Assembly (NCBI GenBank): GCA_050011875.1
Contig: JBEKIG010000017.1
Coordinates: 1-52,900 of the forward strand
Direction: 5' to 3'
Source of the DNA: Nitrososphaeria archaeon
Lineage (GTDB): Archaea > Thermoproteota > Nitrososphaeria > JACIWG01
Length of the DNA stretch: 52,900 bases
Part shown: positions 18,504 through 27,975 of the stretch, in pieces
How positions within the stretch are numbered: position 1 is the first letter of the stretch
How the letters are laid out: each line of letters begins with the position of its first letter
Translations under genes and position numbers: made by a program
The notes under the pieces: model-generated
Told to the model about the DNA's origin: nothing
The model's database searches: none
What the model saw: only the letters and a program-made list of their open reading frames with translations

Positions 18504-20339
18504 ATGGCTCTAACAGTAGGTGACATTTTCAGTGGAGCAGGTGGGTTTTCAGAAGGCTTCAGGCAAGCTGGATTCAAGATAAAATGGGCTGTAGACAACT
18601 GGCTACCAGCAGCTGAAACCTTTGAGAAGAATTTAGGTGTGGAGGTCATCAAAAAAGATGCTACTGATATAGATTTTAAAGAGTTAGAACATGTTGACGT
18701 TTTGATTGGGAGCCCTCCATGCCAGGATTTCTCTCTAGCTAACAATGGTGGTAACGGCGATGTAGAAGTAGGAATGAAGCTGGTAAGTAAGTTCCTTGAA
18801 GCAGTATTGAAGCTCAAACCAGATTATTGGATTATGGAGAACGTCCCTAATCTGAGGAGGATATTGGTTAGTCGCATGAAAGTAGGTTCCATTAATCTTC
18901 CTAATGGGATTCTAAGACCTCAGATGACTTTCCTTAATTCAGCGGATTACGGTGTTCCACAAAAAAGGTTTAGATTATTTACAGGGGCTTTCCCCAAACC
19001 GGAGCAGACTCATTGGAAGGATGGAAATCACGGATTAGAACAGGTACCTAGATGGAAATCGATGAGAGATGTCATTGAATCTCTCCCTCATCCTATAAGT
19101 GAGCTTAAATATACAGATATGGTTAAAGACCCTGTTTATGATATTCAAATACCAGCGGATAAGTTGACGAATCAATTATCTAACTCATATTTTACAGAAG
19201 AACAAGTGTTCTCGTGCCGAAAAAATAAGGAAGATCATATCTGGGCAGGGAAAATGTGCTTCCCTGATAATCCTGACCTACCTTCAAGAACTATCACAGC
19301 ACAAAATTACAAATCAGGAAGACAAACAATAGTGATAGAAGACAAGTTATCGCACGGGACCCATTATAGAGGGCCAACATTGAGAGAACAAGCTTCTTTC
19401 CAGTCTTTCCCAATAACCTATCAGTTTTGGGGAAAGACCATCACCGAAAGGAACCGATTAGTTGGGAATGCTGTTCCTCCCCTATTAGCTTTTGCGTTGG
19501 CTAAAGCTATATTGAAGGACAAAGGTTTTGATGCACCAGATAAGCCTGAAGTAAGCAGTATATTGAAGGAGACCCCTTTTGCCGTGGTAACTACTACGAT
19601 GACTAATAGGAATCGCATAGCCCCATTGAATCGGAAGTTCAGGGATTATATCCCTGGCTCTAAGACTGGCTCCCAAAAGGATGCTTGTAGAGTTGACTTG
19701 GACAATAAAGGAAGAAAACCCAGAAAACACCCAATGATGAGATTTGATACCCTAAATAGCAATAATCAGTGTATTAAACATCTCGTTGAATGGGAAACTG
19801 TGTTATATACAGGTTATGCTGAAAGCTTTAAATTTTCGCCTATCAAATTAAAAGATGCACTTCAGCTGATTGTACAGGCAGAACATGATGGACTAATCGA
19901 CTATAATACTGTAATCTCCTTTATCGACGATTTACAGGAGTTGCCACATACAATTCCAGATGCAAGTACTCTCCAAGCCGTCAGAGCAGGAAGGTGGGAA
20001 AAGGTTCTAACCACACCTTATAAGTTAATGGATATTATTCGAGATAAAGTCAATTATCATTTCGCTATAGAATCCTTTGATTGGTCGAAGAGAATAAAAA
20101 AACCAAATCCCATAAAAATCTCCCCAAAAACAGGAATACCTGTTAGAACGGCAGCATACCTCCTAGCGTGTTCATTTGTTTGCGAAATACTCAACGAGAG
20201 CGATATCTGGATTAAAGAGAATTGGGCCCTGCATTTTAACTATGGAGAATGGCCACAAATCGAATACCCACACCCTATAGAACCCGAATGGAATGGACAT
20301 ATTGCTTTGAAGGAAGAGATCCAAAAACAACTTGAGTGA
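18504..20339 (+). CDS. DNA (cytosine-5) methyltransferase with ~270-aa C-terminal extension
   Basis: Motif I DIFSGAGG, IV GSPPCQDFS, VI MENV, VIII QKRFRLF, IX REQASFQSFP and X GNAVPP, followed by an extra domain. Confidence 0.95.
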   Translation: MALTVGDIFSGAGGFSEGFRQAGFKIKWAVDNWLPAAETFEKNLGVEVIKKDATDIDFKELEHVDVLIGSPPCQDFSLANNGGNGDVEVGMKLVSKFLEAVLKLKPDYWIMENVPNLRRILVSRMKVGSINLPNGILRPQMTFLNSADYGVPQKRFRLFTGAFPKPEQTHWKDGNHGLEQVPRWKSMRDVIESLPHPISELKYTDMVKDPVYDIQIPADKLTNQLSNSYFTEEQVFSCRKNKEDHIWAGKMCFPDNPDLPSRTITAQNYKSGRQTIVIEDKLSHGTHYRGPTLREQASFQSFPITYQFWGKTITERNRLVGNAVPPLLAFALAKAILKDKGFDAPDKPEVSSILKETPFAVVTTTMTNRNRIAPLNRKFRDYIPGSKTGSQKDACRVDLDNKGRKPRKHPMMRFDTLNSNNQCIKHLVEWETVLYTGYAESFKFSPIKLKDALQLIVQAEHDGLIDYNTVISFIDDLQELPHTIPDASTLQAVRAGRWEKVLTTPYKLMDIIRDKVNYHFAIESFDWSKRIKKPNPIKISPKTGIPVRTAAYLLACSFVCEILNESDIWIKENWALHFNYGEWPQIEYPHPIEPEWNGHIALKEEIQKQLE

Positions 20340-20343
20340 TACA

Positions 20344-20994
20344 TCAATCATCTTTAATTTTTGCTAGCCTTTCATATTCCATGCAGCAATCCCTTACAGG
20401 ACATACGTCATGTCTTGTGTTTACCGCCTTGCAAACTAGAGCCCCGAAATCTATTAGCATAGAATAGAACTGTCGTAAATCCACATCTTCATCTTCAGAC
20501 ATGCTAATGAGGTGTCCTTTTATTGTTTCCAAATCCTTTGTCCCAAACAATCGAGAGATTATCCTCATTATGTTTGTATCCACCAGTACATCTTGCTCAT
20601 TAAAAGCAAAAATCCTGACAGCCGAAGCTGTGTACTCGCCAACCCCTGGCAACATTTTCAAGCTTTCCTTATCCCTAGGTAATCCTGCGGAGTACCTCTT
20701 TTCAACAAGTTTAGCTAGTTCCTTTACCTCATCAACCCTCGAAATGATACCGAGGGGTTTCATAACTTCTATGAGACTTTTCCTATCCGCTCTTAATATG
20801 TGATTAGGAGTTGGGAACCTCTCAACAAACTCTGTGAATACCCTCTTCACGACAACTGTCCTAGTTTGTCTAAGGAAAAATTCTGCAATAAGTATTTGAA
20901 AAGGAGTAACACCTTTCATACGCCATGGAAAATTCCTCCTATTGTCTTGATACCATCGCAGCAGAGCATTCCTTATGTATCTATGGTTATTCAA
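20344..20994 (-). CDS. HhH-GPD DNA glycosylase, MIG (T:G mismatch)/MutY-like, lacking the MutY C-terminal domain
   Basis: RRNFPWR, AEFFLRQT (Arg as in MIG rather than the LQQT of MutY), HhH LPGVGEYTA and VDTN. FeS-loop variant at the C-terminus. 216 aa, convergent on the 5mC methyltransferase. Confidence 0.85.
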   Translation of the reverse strand: MNNHRYIRNALLRWYQDNRRNFPWRMKGVTPFQILIAEFFLRQTRTVVVKRVFTEFVERFPTPNHILRADRKSLIEVMKPLGIISRVDEVKELAKLVEKRYSAGLPRDKESLKMLPGVGEYTASAVRIFAFNEQDVLVDTNIMRIISRLFGTKDLETIKGHLISMSEDEDVDLRQFYSMLIDFGALVCKAVNTRHDVCPVRDCCMEYERLAKIKDD

Positions 20995-21229
20995 ATTGAT
21001 GCAGGATTTATCTTCTCACATCCCCGATTAATAGTTTTTTTAAACTAAATAGTCTTAGTCGTTTTTGAAAAATAGAGGGTATAATAATTCTTTTGCTGTT
21101 CCATTTTTTTCTTTGAAATTAACCACGATATTCAAGGGATTTTAAATCGCTCGTAGTCAGCCTTTTATAAGGATAGGAAAGTTGTTTATTATTTATATAT
21201 TGCTATCTGATGGTACTCTATGAGGATAG

Positions 21230-22369
21230 TTGTCTTCATCCAACTTCCTTCTGCAAAGGATTACTCCTTATGGAACTTGTGCCGGAAAATTGTCCGAGGT
21301 AAAGGAAATTGTGGGGAAGCTGATGAAAGCACAGATTTTGCCAGGTTTTCAAGTCGTAGCCACCGAGGAAAGTTACTATACTGATCATGGTCTAGATCAC
21401 ATAGAAAGAGTAAACAAAAAACTTGATGAGCTCTGCATACTATTGGATTGTTCGATTAACGAGTTAGAGGCGTTTCTTCTTCTTGTTGCCGTTTACTGTC
21501 ATGACCTTGGCATGTTTATAGGAGGCATAAATGGGGAAACTTATGAAGAAAGAAGAAAAGTGCATCATACTAGAAGTGCTGAAGTAACGCAGCATTTAAA
21601 TGATTCTGGGAAATTTCACCTCGAACAACATGAGTTAGATATAGTGAAAAAAATAATTGAAGCACATCGAGTTTTAGACTTGAGAGATTTACCTAGGGTG
21701 CAAAGACTTGGTTCAGAAATTCGAACACGTCTCCTAGGGGCTCTTCTAAGAATTGCAGATGCCTCGGATTGTGATTGTTCTAGAGCGCCAAGGGCAGTAT
21801 TTGATATACTCTACGAGCAAATTCCAGAGAGTTCTAGAACATTCTGGACTAGACTTTTCCCTATAGTTGACGTTCACTTTGACAGGCGCAGGTCAGCCAT
21901 AGTGGTCACTTTAGAAAGGGAAGGTAATTCAGAAGAAATAATTGGGAAGCATAGGTCAGGAAACATGGTAAAGAAAGAACTTGATGAGGAATTACAGAGC
22001 GTAGATACAGTCTTTCTGGACAACAACATCCCACTTACACATGTAGATGTTCTGGATTTTCACTCTACTAATCTTATTGAGTTTTCCCAATTGCCTTCTC
22101 ATGAAGAATACATTCTAATAAGTTTAAGATCTGGTTTTGACCGAGTAGACGACCTTATAAGAATACTAGAAGGTATTCCTAATTCAAATGGTATCCCTTT
22201 AATCATCGAATTTAGACCACCAGAGGGCCCTATTTTTGTTGACAGCAGAATAAGACTTGTCGTTACGGATTTTTCAGAGCTAAAACAAAGTCTTATAGAT
22301 TCTTTGGACGACGATTTTCAGAACCTCGAAATGAAGCAAGCAGGAGAAAGACTAATAGTTCAGAGGTAG
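21230..22369 (+). CDS. HD-superfamily phosphohydrolase (HD-CE-like) with small C-terminal domain
   Basis: YYTDHGLDHIERV, VYCHDLGM, HHTRS, IEAH and LLRIADASDCDCSRAP. TTG start with GAGGA upstream. Confidence 0.82.
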   Translation: MSSSNFLLQRITPYGTCAGKLSEVKEIVGKLMKAQILPGFQVVATEESYYTDHGLDHIERVNKKLDELCILLDCSINELEAFLLLVAVYCHDLGMFIGGINGETYEERRKVHHTRSAEVTQHLNDSGKFHLEQHELDIVKKIIEAHRVLDLRDLPRVQRLGSEIRTRLLGALLRIADASDCDCSRAPRAVFDILYEQIPESSRTFWTRLFPIVDVHFDRRRSAIVVTLEREGNSEEIIGKHRSGNMVKKELDEELQSVDTVFLDNNIPLTHVDVLDFHSTNLIEFSQLPSHEEYILISLRSGFDRVDDLIRILEGIPNSNGIPLIIEFRPPEGPIFVDSRIRLVVTDFSELKQSLIDSLDDDFQNLEMKQAGERLIVQR

Positions 22370-22374
22370 ACTAT

Positions 22375-23586
22375 ATGGTTTCAAGAAACTTTGCGGAAAT
22401 TGCTACAAAACTGCTTCCAGATAAACGTTCGATATTTGTCAGCGGAGATCCAGGCGTCACATCAATGCAGGACAAACTGAAAGAGTTCAAACAGTATTTA
22501 TTACATGATAATCGAATAAAACAAGGAGAGTATGAGAACGCATATGGGATTTTCTTTAGAGCCAGGTTTAATGGATTAATACATTCTGGAATCATTCAAG
22601 CAATTGATGTAAAGGATGTAGAAAATATGTTAATAGAGATTCCTCTAAGGTTTCAAGAAGAAAACACAGATTTACTAACCATGTTGAAGCTTCCATTAAG
22701 CAGAATTCCACCATTTCCCTTCTTTACGGTCTTGGATGAGAATTGTCCAAGTAATCTGAGTAGGAAGGAAAGTGAGCTCTATTGGTCAAACTTCTCGACT
22801 GATACTGATGCAATCAGAAATTGGTACATTGATCTAATCAATTATAAAAAGGAGATTGTTTCCCACGAATTTCCAGAACTTGAGCCTGCGGTACCTGCAT
22901 GGTTGCAGAATCTTAGTGTCTTTGTTTTGTATGCTCCGAAAAGTCGAGTAATTGCAACAAGATATTACAGTAGCGCTGAAGGCAATGATGTTGTTGTTAA
23001 GGAGATTCCTGAATCAATTGAAATGAAGACAGAAGAGATATTTTCAAGACTATTTAGTTTACCTCCAGTCGAGAATTGTTTGTTTAAGAACATCATGTTC
23101 AGTGGAACTGGAAAACGTGTATTTTCAAGTTGGGATCACCCGTATTTTACGGCCGTAAAAGACCTCAGGAAGGAAGTGAAAAGATTTAACGAGGCCCAAC
23201 CAAGTGTCTTCTGCGACGCGTCCTCCGTTTCTGACTCCCTAATTTATAGTTGGACAAATGAAGAAATAAATAAAGTTAGGTATCTAGCGAAGAAATACTC
23301 GTTCTTAAAAGATGCATTTCAATCATGGATGGGAGGGGTACAAGTTCTGCATCGATATCACATAGACAAGCCAACACAAAATAGGGTGTCCGATGGTAGG
23401 ATAGTCTCGTATTATTTTATTGGTCCTTGCGATAATGTATTGGTAGAGAGAATGAAGGATGAGGAAGAACTTAGATTCGATGAAAATGATGTAAAAAAGT
23501 ACTTTCCAGAAGTAAAAGATATGATATATAGCAAATATACCTCTCTCTCAATATACCTAAAAGATAAAGTTGGATGTAATTTTTAG
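22375..23586 (+). CDS. Hypothetical protein co-oriented with the HD-CE gene
   Basis: 403-aa ORF starting 5 bp after the HD-CE stop, with GAGGT upstream. No motif recognised. Confidence 0.75.
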   Translation: MVSRNFAEIATKLLPDKRSIFVSGDPGVTSMQDKLKEFKQYLLHDNRIKQGEYENAYGIFFRARFNGLIHSGIIQAIDVKDVENMLIEIPLRFQEENTDLLTMLKLPLSRIPPFPFFTVLDENCPSNLSRKESELYWSNFSTDTDAIRNWYIDLINYKKEIVSHEFPELEPAVPAWLQNLSVFVLYAPKSRVIATRYYSSAEGNDVVVKEIPESIEMKTEEIFSRLFSLPPVENCLFKNIMFSGTGKRVFSSWDHPYFTAVKDLRKEVKRFNEAQPSVFCDASSVSDSLIYSWTNEEINKVRYLAKKYSFLKDAFQSWMGGVQVLHRYHIDKPTQNRVSDGRIVSYYFIGPCDNVLVERMKDEEELRFDENDVKKYFPEVKDMIYSKYTSLSIYLKDKVGCNF

Positions 23587-23829
23587 TTGGAAAAAGATTT
23601 ATAGAATTTCCAGTTCACATTCTCCCAAAGTGAGATTTCCGATTCGAACAATATTTTTAATATACGCCATTGTATTTGAATCTTTATAGATATTAAACCA
23701 CTAAATTTGAATCTAGTTCTTCTTTTACTAATTTATTAGCAAATTAGGTTTGAACCCCACGGACATACTACGTGTAAAGAGAATTTTACTATATGTTTTT
23801 AATATTTTATGCGGTATCTGCACATACTT

Positions 23830-23855
23830 GCGGTCGAAAACCACCGGCCCCACTA
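23830..23855 (+). other. Degenerate tRNA 3'-end-like fragment (possible att remnant)
   Basis: GCGGTCGAAAACCACCGGCCCCACTA resembles the T-arm plus acceptor end (...TTCGAATCCCGCCGGCCCCACCA) of archaeal tRNAs that begin GGGGCCG. It is a GC-rich spot in AT-rich intergenic DNA. Confidence 0.4.
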
Positions 23856-24033
23856 CCTTTTAAAAAATCTAATAGTCGCAACATTTTAAAGTTGAGAAAA
23901 GAGAAATGGAAATTTTCTTTAGATGCAACAATAATTTGACTAAGGTGTGGCAAAGTTCGAGAATGATACAGACTCGTGGATTAGCTTAAATATTCGTTAG
24001 ATGGTCGCATATCTATTAGTGTAAAGTGAGAAG

Positions 24034-25143
24034 ATGTTACCGATTGATCTGGCTGTTCAATTGCTCGAAAAGAATGTAATCCCCATTCCCTTAGGCCAAC
24101 CGACCTTCGCTGACAGGAGATATCATCCGAGGGATTTCGATAACGCTAACTTTCATGCGATCCCTAAAAGCGATACGGAACGGACAATTTGCTTCATCGA
24201 CGGAGGTAATATGGAAATAGCTAGTGCTCCTAATTTCATAATAGAACTGACAAGATTATATTTCAACCTGTTCAAAGGAAACAGGAGAATGGAACCGTGT
24301 AATATCCCTCAAAGAATTGATTTTTATACGGTATGCTATGCGACGTTGGAAGATAGGAAGATAGTTTACAGGACGGAGTTCGTTCCAGTAAAAGAAATAT
24401 GGAGAAAATATTTGCCTGAAGTTGAAGACCTAAAGTTCAATTCCTTCGATAGGACTATAATGTCGGGGCTTCAGAGGGCTACGATAGATAAGGTTTCCGA
24501 TGCAGCACGTACATTCGCCGAGTGGAAGTTTACAAACTTCATAATGCAGGAAGAGCTCAACAGGAACGATATACTCGTAAAGGACGGAACCCTGCAGACA
24601 TCCGTCACAAACGAAAGTAAGTATGCGAATGAAGCATATGGCACGGCGTTAAACGAGGAGGTCTATTTCACTGCCTTATCCAAGACATCTACACTTTTTA
24701 CTACAACCGGACAGCCGTTGCTCTCAGCAATATGGGAACTCTCCCAGAGCACATCGCTGAAGGGGTCTTCCTGGTACTATCACCCTATCGTTAAAATAGC
24801 ACATCCTGACCATAGAGCTGAGATGTTTGCCGTTAAACTGCATAAGCAGTCCGAGCACGTTTTCAGGTTTGAAATATTAAGGGAGCAGGCGGAAGGAAGC
24901 AGGACCGAAGAAAACGAATCGATCATTTCCGCTTTGGCAGATAACTCTAAGGACGTAAGTTTTCCCGGATACCCTTTCGGGTTAATGGACGCGGATAGGC
25001 TTGGCCGAGTAGATACGAATGAGAAATCGACACAAGAATTCCAGTTCAAGGCAGTAGCATCCAAGAGGGGAATCTGGAAAAAGATATCTCAGTTCACAAG
25101 ATCTTCAGATGCTCACATGATTTTAAACGAGTTGATGAGGTGA
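24034..25143 (+). CDS. nurA: NurA 5'-3' nuclease
   Basis: FIDGG, VKDGTL, SKTS and GYPFGL motifs. First gene of an operon with herA, mre11 and rad50. Confidence 0.9.
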   Translation: MLPIDLAVQLLEKNVIPIPLGQPTFADRRYHPRDFDNANFHAIPKSDTERTICFIDGGNMEIASAPNFIIELTRLYFNLFKGNRRMEPCNIPQRIDFYTVCYATLEDRKIVYRTEFVPVKEIWRKYLPEVEDLKFNSFDRTIMSGLQRATIDKVSDAARTFAEWKFTNFIMQEELNRNDILVKDGTLQTSVTNESKYANEAYGTALNEEVYFTALSKTSTLFTTTGQPLLSAIWELSQSTSLKGSSWYYHPIVKIAHPDHRAEMFAVKLHKQSEHVFRFEILREQAEGSRTEENESIISALADNSKDVSFPGYPFGLMDADRLGRVDTNEKSTQEFQFKAVASKRGIWKKISQFTRSSDAHMILNELMR

Positions 25144-25149
25144 TCAACC

Positions 25150-26685
25150 TTGCAGGTTGTCGGTAGCATAATCCATGGGAAACATGGAAGTATCCTGATC
25201 AGACAGAAAAATGATTCCGAGATAGAGTTAGGTGACCTACTGACCGTTGAACATCAGGATGGCGGCTATTCAATTCTGCAGGTCTATGATTTAGCCTATG
25301 GAAGCCAGATCCCCGACAAACATTTAGAAATGATTTCTGGAATGAGATTGGAAGGGTTCGGGGCTGAGCTTGATTTCATGGATCCGACTTTAAGAAATTA
25401 TGTCCTTGCAATGGTCAAGTCCATCGCTAAGGTCAAAGGAAAGGACGTCCGAATCCCAAAGACCTTACCTCAATTCATGAGCGACGTCAGGCATTTGGAA
25501 AAAGAAGATCTAGCTTTTATGAGCACACCTGAAAACCCCATATATCTAGGTAACGTCAGAAGCGGTTCAAAGGTCCTTGACGTGGAAGTCTATTTGAACG
25601 GCTTGGATGTATTCACACATCATGTTCTGATACCGGCGACGACGGGTCGGGGGAAGAGCAACCTCGTAAAGGTGATGCTCTGGAACATCCTTGACAAAGA
25701 CTTCTGCGGGATTCTGATTTTGGATCCGCATGATGAATACTTCGGCCGTCACATGAAAGGTTTAAAGGACCATCCAAAATCAAAGGATAAACTTGTCTAT
25801 TACTCCCCAAGGCCGGTGCAGGGTTCAGTATCTCTAATTTTTAATTTCAAATCCATCAAACCCTGGCACTTCGGGGGTATAGTCAAATTTACTGAAGCAC
25901 AGCATGAGGCTATGACTGTAGCATACAACAGTTATCATGACGATTGGCTGTCTGAAATAGTTAAAGGATCAGAGCTTGAAAACGTTGATCCAAGAACATC
26001 AGCTGTACTTCAAAGAAGAATAAACACAATTTTAGGTCTCTATGTAGATGACAAAGGGCAGGTTGTGTGCCGATCAAATGTATTCAGTGACACTATGGGT
26101 GGGAGGACAGTTAGAGATATTCTGGATGCGCTTGAAGCTGGTAAGAAGGTCATAATTGATACGTCAAGGTTCACAGACGAAATAGAATTGTTAATCGGCA
26201 GCATAGTCCTCCATGAGGCTTTCAATAACTATAGAAACTATAAGCTAGATGGCACACTTGATCTAAAGCCAGTCATATCTATAGTCGTAGAGGAAGCCCC
26301 GAGAGTTCTCAGTAGTGAAGTTCTAACATCCGCTGGCAACAACATCTACAGTGATATAGCGAGGGAAGGCAGGAAATTCAAAATTGGGCTGACGGCGATA
26401 ACCCAACTTACAAGCATAATTCCAAAGACGGTGTTAGCGAACATGAACACCAAGATAATCCTCGGAAACGAACTGGTGACGGAAAGGTCCGCGGTCATCG
26501 ACAGCGCCTCCCAAGATCTTTCCACAGATGATAGGAACATAGCAAGCTTGGATAAAGGGGAAGCAATCGTGAGCTCGAACTTCACCAAATTCGCAATTCC
26601 AATCCAGATCCCATTATTTGAGGACTACATAACAAGATTTAAAGGCGACTCCATGCCAAAAGAGACAATGAGATTCGTGGGATAG
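25150..26685 (+). CDS. herA: HerA DNA translocase (HAS barrel + FtsK/HerA ATPase)
   Basis: N-terminal HAS barrel, Walker [29 protein letters not shown] and ITQ. Confidence 0.95.
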   Translation: MQVVGSIIHGKHGSILIRQKNDSEIELGDLLTVEHQDGGYSILQVYDLAYGSQIPDKHLEMISGMRLEGFGAELDFMDPTLRNYVLAMVKSIAKVKGKDVRIPKTLPQFMSDVRHLEKEDLAFMSTPENPIYLGNVRSGSKVLDVEVYLNGLDVFTHHVLIPATTGRGKSNLVKVMLWNILDKDFCGILILDPHDEYFGRHMKGLKDHPKSKDKLVYYSPRPVQGSVSLIFNFKSIKPWHFGGIVKFTEAQHEAMTVAYNSYHDDWLSEIVKGSELENVDPRTSAVLQRRINTILGLYVDDKGQVVCRSNVFSDTMGGRTVRDILDALEAGKKVIIDTSRFTDEIELLIGSIVLHEAFNNYRNYKLDGTLDLKPVISIVVEEAPRVLSSEVLTSAGNNIYSDIAREGRKFKIGLTAITQLTSIIPKTVLANMNTKIILGNELVTERSAVIDSASQDLSTDDRNIASLDKGEAIVSSNFTKFAIPIQIPLFEDYITRFKGDSMPKETMRFVG

Positions 26686-26688
26686 AAT

Positions 26689-27975
26689 ATGAGCAGGTTC
26701 GCACATATTGCAGACTGCCATATCGGAGCATGGCGTGACCAGAAATTAAGGGAACTTAACCTATTTGCCTTTGAGAACGCCTTAGACAGGTGTGTGCAGG
26801 AAAATGTCGATTTTGTCATCATTTCAGGCGACCTTTTCGATGCCACGTTGCCAGACCTTGAAGTAGTGCAGAGGGCTGTGCAAAAGATCAAAGAAGTTAA
26901 GGATAAAGGAATACAGTTCTATCTAACGTACGGTTCCCACGACTTTGCCCCTAATTCCGTGTCAATGGTTGACATACTGAACAGCACCGGCCTCTTTCAG
27001 AAAGTTGTGGACGCCGAAATCGTCGACGATAAACTCAAGCTAAAGTTCATCACGGACGCGAAGACAGGCGCCAAAATTGCAGGGTTATCAGGTAGAAGGC
27101 TCGGATTAGAGAAGAAATATTTCGAAATACTCGATATCGGCAGCCTTGAAAAGGAGGGAGGGTTCAAGATATTCGTCTTCCATAACGCGATAACGGAGAT
27201 AAGGCCAAGTGGCGCCTCATATCCTGATAGTGTCCCGATCTCATACCTGCCTAAAGGTTTCAATTACTACGCTGGCGGCCATATACACGATAGGCTGGAG
27301 CAAAATGTGAAGGACTACGGGCTTATAGTATATCCGGGCCCTCCCTTTGGCGCGACCTTTACAGACCTCGAAGATACCGCGCAGGGCGAAAGACGAGGAT
27401 TTTTCATCATAGATTTCGATGGTGAAATTACAAAGACAAGGTTCATTGAAACAAAAGTCGTTGAAATAATTTTCCATGAAATTAATGCGGATAAGAAGAC
27501 CGCGAGGGAGGTCGATGATGCCCTGACAAAAACTGCAAGAGAAGTTGATGTCGAAAACAGGATAATACTGCTGAAAGTGGTCGGAGCGCTGTCGAGTGGC
27601 AGGCCATCGGATATCGACTTCAGCAGCATCAAACAGATTTTGAACGAGAGAGGGGCAGCCTTTGCAAGCATCAATCACTACAGTCTCTCTACAGAAGAAA
27701 GGGTGGAGTTGAAGATCAAAGGCGAAAGTCTGGAGGACATCGAGTCAAAGGTATTAGCTGAAAAAATTGGTTCCTTCAAGGTCGATCCAGCGATTAAGGG
27801 CAATCTGAGGGGACAGCTTGAAAATGCTCTATCCTCTGCTAATGGAATTACCCTTGCAAACAGCTTGCTGAACTCCTTGAAAGTGGAGCAAAAGGAAGGT
27901 GAGACTAAGAGGGACTTTGAGGATAGGGTACTGAAAGATATCTCACATATGCTTGGTCTGGAGGCTTACACATGA
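26689..27975 (+). CDS. mre11: Mre11 nuclease
   Basis: Phosphoesterase motifs ADCHIG, GDLFD, GSHD, FH and GHIH. Adjacent to rad50. Confidence 0.95.
   Translation: MSRFAHIADCHIGAWRDQKLRELNLFAFENALDRCVQENVDFVIISGDLFDATLPDLEVVQRAVQKIKEVKDKGIQFYLTYGSHDFAPNSVSMVDILNSTGLFQKVVDAEIVDDKLKLKFITDAKTGAKIAGLSGRRLGLEKKYFEILDIGSLEKEGGFKIFVFHNAITEIRPSGASYPDSVPISYLPKGFNYYAGGHIHDRLEQNVKDYGLIVYPGPPFGATFTDLEDTAQGERRGFFIIDFDGEITKTRFIETKVVEIIFHEINADKKTAREVDDALTKTAREVDVENRIILLKVVGALSSGRPSDIDFSSIKQILNERGAAFASINHYSLSTEERVELKIKGESLEDIESKVLAEKIGSFKVDPAIKGNLRGQLENALSSANGITLANSLLNSLKVEQKEGETKRDFEDRVLKDISHMLGLEAYT

Larger units (their letters stand above)
549..23855. mobile_element. Putative AT-rich genomic/defence island, boundaries approximate
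   Basis: Accessory and defence-type genes, visibly AT-richer than the nurA-rad50 operon, lying between two housekeeping repair loci. A tRNA-3'-like fragment sits at the right edge. No integrase lies within it. Confidence 0.5.

Noticed and set aside
4518-20339. Assigning drm, dpd or dru gene symbols
   Set aside because: The gene set and fusions match none of these systems exactly, and I cannot run HMMs.
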